This document shows positions 57,333-64,000 of a DNA stretch of 64,000 nt, one piece after another (positions within the stretch are counted from its first letter, which is position 1; the number at the start of each line of letters is the position of its first letter). The DNA lies in assembly GCA_038231135.1 (NCBI GenBank), contig JBBRLX010000021.1:1-64000 (forward strand). The letters are read 5' to 3'. Position numbers and translations under genes: made by a program. Below the pieces are notes generated by a model, which was not told where the DNA came from, made no database searches, and was given only the letters and a program-made list of their open reading frames with translations. Source of the DNA: Candidatus Eiseniibacteriota bacterium. Lineage in GTDB: Bacteria; Eisenbacteria; RBG-16-71-46.

Positions 57333-59924
57333 ATGACCCGACCTCCGTTCCCCCGATCGCTTGCCGGCCTTCGCCGCACGCTGCTCGTGGTGCTGGCGCT
57401 CGCGATCGCCCGGATCCCGGCGGCACCCGCACCGCGGGCGCCGGAGCCGGGCCGCGAGATCGAGTCCTACCCGTCGGACTGGTTCGGCATCCAGCGCGCG
57501 TTTCCGGGCACCGACGTTCCGCAGCAGCGCTGGACCGCGGCGCTCGAACAGGCGCGCGTGGATCGCGCCGCGGCGGCGTTGTCGACTTCGGATGCGCTGC
57601 TGACCTGGCAGCCGGTCGGCCCCACGAACATCGGCGGCCGCGTCACCGCGATCACCGGCGGCCCCACGGGCACGCCGCTCTACCTGGGCGCCGCCAACGG
57701 CGGCGTGTTCCGCTCCACCGACTTCGGCGTGACGTGGCTGCCGGTGTTCGACGCGCTGGGCGTGCCATCGATCGGCGCGCTTGCGCTCCAGCCCGGCGAT
57801 CCCGCGACCGTCTACGTGGGCACCGGCGAAGCGAACACCGCGATCGACAACTACGACGGCTCGGGGCTGTTCCGCAGCCGCGACTCGGGCGCCAACTGGG
57901 AGTCGCTCGGCCTCGCCGAGACCCGGCGGATCGCGCGCGTTGCGATCGACCCTTCGGATCCCCGGAAGCTGTTCGTGGCGGCGATGGGATCGCAATTCTC
58001 GACCGGCCCCGATCGCGGCCTCTACCGGTCGGTCGACGGCGGCGCGAACTGGACGCGCGCGCTGTTCGTGAACGACAGCACCGGCGCCTGCGACGTGGTG
58101 GTGAATCCCGTGCACCCCGAGACCGTGTTCTGCGCCACGTGGGAACGGGTGCGGCGGCCGCAATACCGGCACGCCTACGGCCCCGGCTGCGGCATCTGGC
58201 GGAGCCCGGACCATGGCGCGACGTGGTCACGGCTCGCGGGCGGCCTGCCGACGCCGTCCGATTCCGTGGGCCGCATCGCGCTCGCGCTCGCGCCCTCGCA
58301 GCCGCGCACGATGTACGCCCAGATCATGGCGAAGGACGGCTCCGGCCGCGGCTTCTACCGTTCCACCGACGGCGGCCAGTCGTGGATCCGGCGTGACGTC
58401 AGCGGGTTCACGGGGAGCTTCGGCGGGTTCGGATGGTACTTCGGTGATTGCGTGGTGGCGCCCAACAATCCCGATCGTGTGTACGCGCTCGGCGTTCCGG
58501 CACAGCGCTCCACCAACGGCGGCAGCACGTTCAATTCGGTCGCGAACACCCTGCATCCGGACCAGCACGCGCTGTTCCTGCCCGCGCAGCGGCCGGACCG
58601 CATGTTCCTCGGCAACGACGGCGGGCTGTTCTGGTCCGCCGACACCGGCGTCACGTGGACACAGGCGGCCGGCCTGCCGATCACGCAGTTCTACGCCGGC
58701 GCGATCGATCCGTCGAATCCCCTGCGCATCCTCGGTGGCGCGCAGGACAACGGCACCGTGATGGATACGACCGGCGCGCCTGGCGCCTGGAGACCGATCT
58801 ACGGCGGCGACGGGTTCTGGTGCCTCGTCGACCCCGTCAATCCGCTGGTGACGTTCGCGGAATACCAGAACGCCTCGTCGGGCACCGGCCCGCAGCGGTC
58901 CACGGACGGCGGCGGCGGGTTCTCGAGTCCCACCGGCATCAACGGCGCCGACCGGTTCAACTGGAGCACGCCGTTCGTGATGGATCCGTCGAACCACAAC
59001 GTGATGCTCACCGCGAGCCAGCGCGTCTACCGCAGCCAGAACAACGGCGTGAGCTATTCGATCATCAGCCCCGATCTGACCACGAACCCCGTGTCGTCGC
59101 TCGTCTACGGTACGATCACCACGCTCGCCATCTCGGCGGCCGACGTGAACTTCTATCTCGCCGGCACCGACGACGGCCGCGTGTGGCGGTCCGAGGATGC
59201 CGGCGGCAGCTGGTTCGAGATCACGGCCGGGCTGCCGCTGCGTTGGGTCACGCGCGTGGTGGCGGATCCGGTGCAGCGGAACACGATCTACGTGACCCTG
59301 TCCGGGTTCGTGGCCGACGAACATGCCGCTCACGTGTATCGCAGCACGAATCGCGGGAGCACCTGGGTCGAAATCGACGGCAACCTGCCCGACGCGCCGG
59401 TCAACGACCTGATCGTCGACCCCGCGGACAACCGGACGCTCTACGCCGGCACCGACGTCGGCGTCTACGCGACGCGCAACCTGGGCGCGGGCTGGTTCCC
59501 GCTCGGCCAGGGCATGCCGCTGCAGGTGATCCACGATCTGTCGCTGCACGCGGCGTCCCGCACGCTGGTGGCGGCCACGCACGGCCGCTCGCAGTGGAAG
59601 CTCGACCTGTCGCAACTCCCGGTCGCGGTGGCCGCGCCGCCGCCCGCCGGCATCGCATTCTCCAAAGCCTGGCCCAACCCCGCCCGGGGCACGGTCCGGT
59701 TCACGCTGGCGACCCCGTCGCCGGCGGCGTTTCGCGTGGCGGTGTTCGACGCGCTCGGACGGCGCGTGCGCGGGCTCGCCGACCGAACGTTCGGCGCCGG
59801 ACGTCACGAGCTCGTCTGGGACGGTCGCGACGCGGCCGGCAGGAGCCTCGCCGCCGGCGTGTACTATGCGCGCGCCGCATCGGGCGGCTGGTCAGCGGTG
59901 CGCAGGATCGTGCGCGTCGAGTAA
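57333..59924 (+). CDS. Secreted BNR/sortilin-like beta-propeller with FlgD-Ig/T9SS-type tail (paralogue 2)
   Basis: GPTNIGGRV, GSFGGFGWYFG, HPDQHA, GGAQDN, THGRS; tail PNP...VFDALGRRVR..WDGRD..GVYY. Confidence 0.88.
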   Translation: MTRPPFPRSLAGLRRTLLVVLALAIARIPAAPAPRAPEPGREIESYPSDWFGIQRAFPGTDVPQQRWTAALEQARVDRAAAALSTSDALLTWQPVGPTNIGGRVTAITGGPTGTPLYLGAANGGVFRSTDFGVTWLPVFDALGVPSIGALALQPGDPATVYVGTGEANTAIDNYDGSGLFRSRDSGANWESLGLAETRRIARVAIDPSDPRKLFVAAMGSQFSTGPDRGLYRSVDGGANWTRALFVNDSTGACDVVVNPVHPETVFCATWERVRRPQYRHAYGPGCGIWRSPDHGATWSRLAGGLPTPSDSVGRIALALAPSQPRTMYAQIMAKDGSGRGFYRSTDGGQSWIRRDVSGFTGSFGGFGWYFGDCVVAPNNPDRVYALGVPAQRSTNGGSTFNSVANTLHPDQHALFLPAQRPDRMFLGNDGGLFWSADTGVTWTQAAGLPITQFYAGAIDPSNPLRILGGAQDNGTVMDTTGAPGAWRPIYGGDGFWCLVDPVNPLVTFAEYQNASSGTGPQRSTDGGGGFSSPTGINGADRFNWSTPFVMDPSNHNVMLTASQRVYRSQNNGVSYSIISPDLTTNPVSSLVYGTITTLAISAADVNFYLAGTDDGRVWRSEDAGGSWFEITAGLPLRWVTRVVADPVQRNTIYVTLSGFVADEHAAHVYRSTNRGSTWVEIDGNLPDAPVNDLIVDPADNRTLYAGTDVGVYATRNLGAGWFPLGQGMPLQVIHDLSLHAASRTLVAATHGRSQWKLDLSQLPVAVAAPPPAGIAFSKAWPNPARGTVRFTLATPSPAAFRVAVFDALGRRVRGLADRTFGAGRHELVWDGRDAAGRSLAAGVYYARAASGGWSAVRRIVRVE

Positions 59925-60035
59925 CGGTTGCGCGCGTTCGTTCGAGCGGCGCTGAACGCCGTTACGCACCTGCGCAGTGCGCGACGATGCGCGATTTGGC
60001 GATGCGTTTCCGCCTGCGCGACGCGCCGACATCGT

Positions 60036-60137
60036 GATCCGCCGCGGTCGATTTTCGTCGCGGTCGTCGAGTGGCCGCGGCCGATTTCCATACGCGGTCA
60101 TCGATCCGCCGCGGACGATTTCCACCGCGGTCCCCGA
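60036..60137. repeat. Three tandem imperfect 33-34 bp repeats, each able to form a hairpin
   Basis: GCCGCGG-n-CGATTT-y-C-n(2-3)-CGCGGTC units start at 60041, 60074 and 60108. Confidence 0.75.
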
Positions 60138-60363
60138 TCGACACCGCCCCGCGCCGCATGTTCGAGGCGCGAAAAATCGGCATCGAATCCACGTCGAGGC
60201 GAAATATCCCTTTGAAATCGCGGCTGGAGTTGATATACCCCGTTGTGGCTAGGGTTCATCCCGAGCGGTTCATGGCTCGCGACTCACGCACCACGGGTCA
60301 AGAGCAGCTCGGGCAGCCCGTCCGTTCGTGCCGCACATCCCCCGAACATGGAGAGGACACACG

Positions 60364-60645
60364 ATGGCGAAAATGATGACGAAGTCCCAGATCGCGGGTC
60401 ATCTCGCGACGAAGTTCGAGCTCACGAAGAAGCAGAGCACGCAGATCCTCGAAGAGCTCGCGACGCTGGCGGCCAAGCAGGCGCGGAACGGCTTCGTGTT
60501 CCCCGGCGTGGGCAAGCTCGTCGTCGTGAAGCGGAAGGCCCGCATGGGCCGCAACCCGCAGACCGGCGAGGCCATCAAGATTCCGGCCAAGACCGTGTTG
60601 AAGTTCCGCATCGCGAAGGCGATGAAGGAGCTGGCGCTCAAGTAG
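60364..60645 (+). CDS. hup: HU family DNA-binding protein
   Basis: MTKSQI, FVFPGVGKL, RKARMGRNPQTGEAIKIPAK; SD GGAGAGG. Confidence 0.95.
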   Translation: MAKMMTKSQIAGHLATKFELTKKQSTQILEELATLAAKQARNGFVFPGVGKLVVVKRKARMGRNPQTGEAIKIPAKTVLKFRIAKAMKELALK

Positions 60646-60663
60646 ACCGTCCCACCGTCTTGT

Positions 60664-60698
60664 GAAAGGCCTCGTCGCCCGAGCGACGAGGCTTTTTC
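60664..60698 (+). terminator. Intrinsic terminator of hup
   Basis: GCCTCGTCGC-ccga-GCGACGAGGC followed by TTTTT. Confidence 0.9.
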
Positions 60699-60831
60699 AT
60701 GTCCGGGGCGGCCCGGTGACGGCCCGCATCGAAGTGGCGTTCGGCGACCGGGCCGTGACGTGTTCGAACAATCCACGGCCCCGCTGGCCGTCAGAACCCA
60801 CCGCGGGGATGGCATCCGCTACACTCTCGTC

Positions 60832-61863
60832 ATGAGCCCGCCGCCCGTGAACGCCGAATGCAACCCTGCCGGCACGCCCCGGGAGCGAGGCGGGCTTCGA
60901 CGTGCGGCGTTCGCCACGAGCCTCCCGGCGAACCGGCCGACCTACCCGGGGCTCGGAAGCCCCGAGCTGACGCCGGATCGCCAGCGGCGATTCACCGAGA
61001 AACTGTGCGAGCAACTCGCCGTCGTGGACGCGCATGCGGCACGGTTTGCGCGCCTGCACGGGGCGAACCCCGCGCTGGTCGAGGCCACTCAGGACCGCGC
61101 GCGAACCCTGGTCGTCGACCTGTACGCCCGGGGGCCGATTCCGGAGCGGGGCTTCCGGCTCGCGTTCATCATCGGCAACGCGTTCAAGCGGGAGAAGGAC
61201 CGGCACAATCTCCTGAACCGAGCGGCGCAACTGGCCCGGCTCCGGGGGCATGCGCGCTGCGCGGCGACCCCTGACGACCTCGAGCCCGAGATCTTCGAGC
61301 CCGGATGTGGCACCCGTGACTGGGTGGCGAAGCAGCTCAATTCTCACCGCGTGGCCGAGTCGATCCGGAAGTGGCCGGCCGCCGAACGACTGGATCTCAC
61401 CACCGCCCTGCTGCGCGACCACGACGACCCCGGCGTGGTTCACGACCTCGCCCGCCGTCTCGACCTGCCGATCGATGCCGTCGCGGAGCGCGTCGCAGAC
61501 GTGGCCGACGAGCGGGCGAGGAAGCGTGCCGAGGGCTGCGCCGATCCGACCGCGGCGCTCCGCAAGCGCCATCAGCGAATCCTCGCCGCGGCCACCCGGA
61601 TCGTGAAACGGGCGGGCCTCGGAGCCCTCGTGCTGATGCTCGCGCTGCTGGCGCTGCGCGCGAGCGACGCGATTCAGCGGCGCGACATTCCCATGACCGA
61701 GTCCCCGGCCGCCGGCAGCGGCGATCTCCGGCATTTCGACCGGTGGCTCGAGCGCCGGAGCCGGTTCCCGGGCGGGTTCGAGAAGCACGGCGCGTGCCTG
61801 CCGAACCCGCTGCCCGACCTGGCGGCCACGCAGAAAAATCCGGTCACGGGGGCCGCCGGCTAA
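60832..61863 (+). CDS. Hypothetical protein; divergent sigma70/ECF-like helical regions plus one C-terminal TM segment
   Basis: HTH-like [31 protein letters not shown], hydrophobic GLGALVLMLALLAL; TACACT lies 6 nt before the ATG. Confidence 0.6.
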   Translation: MSPPPVNAECNPAGTPRERGGLRRAAFATSLPANRPTYPGLGSPELTPDRQRRFTEKLCEQLAVVDAHAARFARLHGANPALVEATQDRARTLVVDLYARGPIPERGFRLAFIIGNAFKREKDRHNLLNRAAQLARLRGHARCAATPDDLEPEIFEPGCGTRDWVAKQLNSHRVAESIRKWPAAERLDLTTALLRDHDDPGVVHDLARRLDLPIDAVAERVADVADERARKRAEGCADPTAALRKRHQRILAAATRIVKRAGLGALVLMLALLALRASDAIQRRDIPMTESPAAGSGDLRHFDRWLERRSRFPGGFEKHGACLPNPLPDLAATQKNPVTGAAG

Positions 61864-61925
61864 TAACGACTCCAGGGAGCGCGAGCGCCGATCGCGCCAC
61901 CTGCCGCCATCCCTGGGAGTCCGCC

Positions 61926-63317
61926 ATGATCTCGCCCACCGCGTCCCGCCATCCGCGCAGCCTGTTCATCCTGTCGTCGACCGAGATGTGGGAGCGGTTC
62001 TCGTACTACGGGATGCGCTCGCTGCTCATCCTGTACATGGTGAACCACCTGTTCGTGCGCCCCGACGCGAACCAGCGCGTCCTGGGCCTCGAGGCCCTGC
62101 GTTCCACGCTCGAGCACCTGTTCGGCCCGCTCGCGATCGCGCCGCTGGCCTCGCAGGTCTATGGGCTCTACACCGCGCTCGTGTTCCTGACGCCGCTCGC
62201 GGGTGGCCTGCTCGCGAGCCGGTTCGGCCGCGATCGCATGATCATCGCCGGCGGCGTGCTGATGGCGATCGGCCATTTCCTGATGGCCAGCGAGTCGCTG
62301 TTCCTGGTGGCGCTGCTGTTCCTGATCCTGGGCGTGGGCGCGTTCAAGCCCAACATCACGTCGCAGGTCGGCTCGCTCTACGAACCGAACGACGCCCGCC
62401 TCGACAGCGCGTTCACGATCTTCTACATGGGCCTCAATCTCGGGGCGTTCCTCGCGCCGCTGGTGTGCGGGTCGCTGGGGCAGGGACTGGGCTGGCACTA
62501 CGGCTTCGCGGCCGCGGGCGCCGGGATGCTGGTGGCGCTGGCGATCTACACGATCGGGCGGCGCCACGTGAAGCGGACGTCACAGGCGCGCGCGACCCAG
62601 CCCCGGGACGAGCCCGTCGAGCCGCCGGGTGTGGTGACCGGCAAGATCGTGGGCCTCGGCATCCTGTGTGTGCTCAACACGCTGTTCTGGGCGACCTACG
62701 AGCAGCAGGGCAATTCCATCCAGCTGTGGGCCGACCGGTTCACGCTGTGGCCCAGGGTGTTCGGGGTCACGATTCCGTCCACGTTTTACCAGGCGATGAA
62801 CCCGATCATGATCTTCGGGTTCGCGCCCGTCCTCAGCGCATGGTGGGTACGAAATGCCTCGCGGGGTCAGTCGCAGTCGGCGGTGCGCAAGATGGCGATC
62901 GGCTGCGCGCTCGTCGGCATCGCGTACTGCGTGATGGTCGCCGCCGCGCATGGCATCGAGCCGTCCGCCCGCAGGAGCCTGGTGTGGCTCGTGGCCTACA
63001 CGCTGCCCCTGACGATCGGCGAGCTCTACCTGTCGCCTTCGGGCCTTGCGCTCGTGTCGAACGTCGCTCCGGTCCGGCTCGTGGGGATATTGATGGGCAT
63101 GTGGTTCCTGCAGAATTTCATGGGGAACTGGCTGGCGGGCTACCTCGGCAGCTACTTCACGCGGATGCCGATGGACCGGTTCTTCGGCGGCATGGCGGCG
63201 ATCAGCTTCACCGCGTGCATCCTGATGCTGATCCTCGAACGGCCGCTGCGCCGGCTGCTATACCCCGCTGCGAGCAGTGGTGTCGTGGAACGACGGGCCC
63301 CGGACGCCGCCGTGTAG
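61926..63317 (+). CDS. POT/PTR family proton-dependent oligopeptide transporter
   Basis: TEMWERFSYYGMR (ExxERFxYY), FKPNI, FYMGLNLG, GELYLSP. Confidence 0.93.
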   Translation: MISPTASRHPRSLFILSSTEMWERFSYYGMRSLLILYMVNHLFVRPDANQRVLGLEALRSTLEHLFGPLAIAPLASQVYGLYTALVFLTPLAGGLLASRFGRDRMIIAGGVLMAIGHFLMASESLFLVALLFLILGVGAFKPNITSQVGSLYEPNDARLDSAFTIFYMGLNLGAFLAPLVCGSLGQGLGWHYGFAAAGAGMLVALAIYTIGRRHVKRTSQARATQPRDEPVEPPGVVTGKIVGLGILCVLNTLFWATYEQQGNSIQLWADRFTLWPRVFGVTIPSTFYQAMNPIMIFGFAPVLSAWWVRNASRGQSQSAVRKMAIGCALVGIAYCVMVAAAHGIEPSARRSLVWLVAYTLPLTIGELYLSPSGLALVSNVAPVRLVGILMGMWFLQNFMGNWLAGYLGSYFTRMPMDRFFGGMAAISFTACILMLILERPLRRLLYPAASSGVVERRAPDAAV

Positions 63318-63427
63318 GAGCTTGGGCCGCGCGTTGCCGGTCCGCGTGGCGTCTGGCAGGATGCGGCGATCCTCGAACCCCTGAGCGGAGGTTGCCTGCA
63401 CGCTACGCAGTTCCACCCGGACCCGCG

Positions 63428-64000
<573 letters not shown>

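Noticed and set aside
60036..60137. CRISPR array
   Set aside because: The units are contiguous and imperfect with no unique spacers, and there are no cas genes. Reported as a tandem repeat instead.

Overview
A gene-dense, very GC-rich bacterial chromosomal window with about 55 credible CDSs. No rRNA, tRNA or CRISPR array is visible. Three secreted proteins end in a FlgD-Ig/T9SS-type C-terminal tail, and there are sortilin/BNR propellers and a Met-zincin; this suggests an FCB-group lineage such as Ca. Eisenbacteria (inference). The left end holds the 3' end of an ISNCY/IS1202-like insertion sequence, a decayed vapC-like remnant, and two separate nucleotidyltransferase + ~70-aa partner modules. 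The core is housekeeping and metabolic: engB, M3 peptidase, acyl-CoA dehydrogenase, glcD/glcE with glcF 16 kb away, puuD, lysC, ycaQ-like glycosylase, HU and transporters. The most notable observations are: (1) a translationally coupled operon of deoxyhypusine-synthase-like enzyme, SbnI/SerK-like free-serine-kinase homologue, MDR oxidoreductase and channel-like 2-TM protein; (2) a Hanks kinase-TPR protein with a tyrosine-kinase-like catalytic loop (HRDVTGRN), a lower-GC 3' half and a coupled low-GC orphan gene; (3) a divergent sigma70/ECF-like protein with a C-terminal transmembrane segment; (4) a recurring TANNNT-6 nt-start codon pattern indicating leaderless mRNAs. All family calls come from motif recognition by eye; no searches were run.
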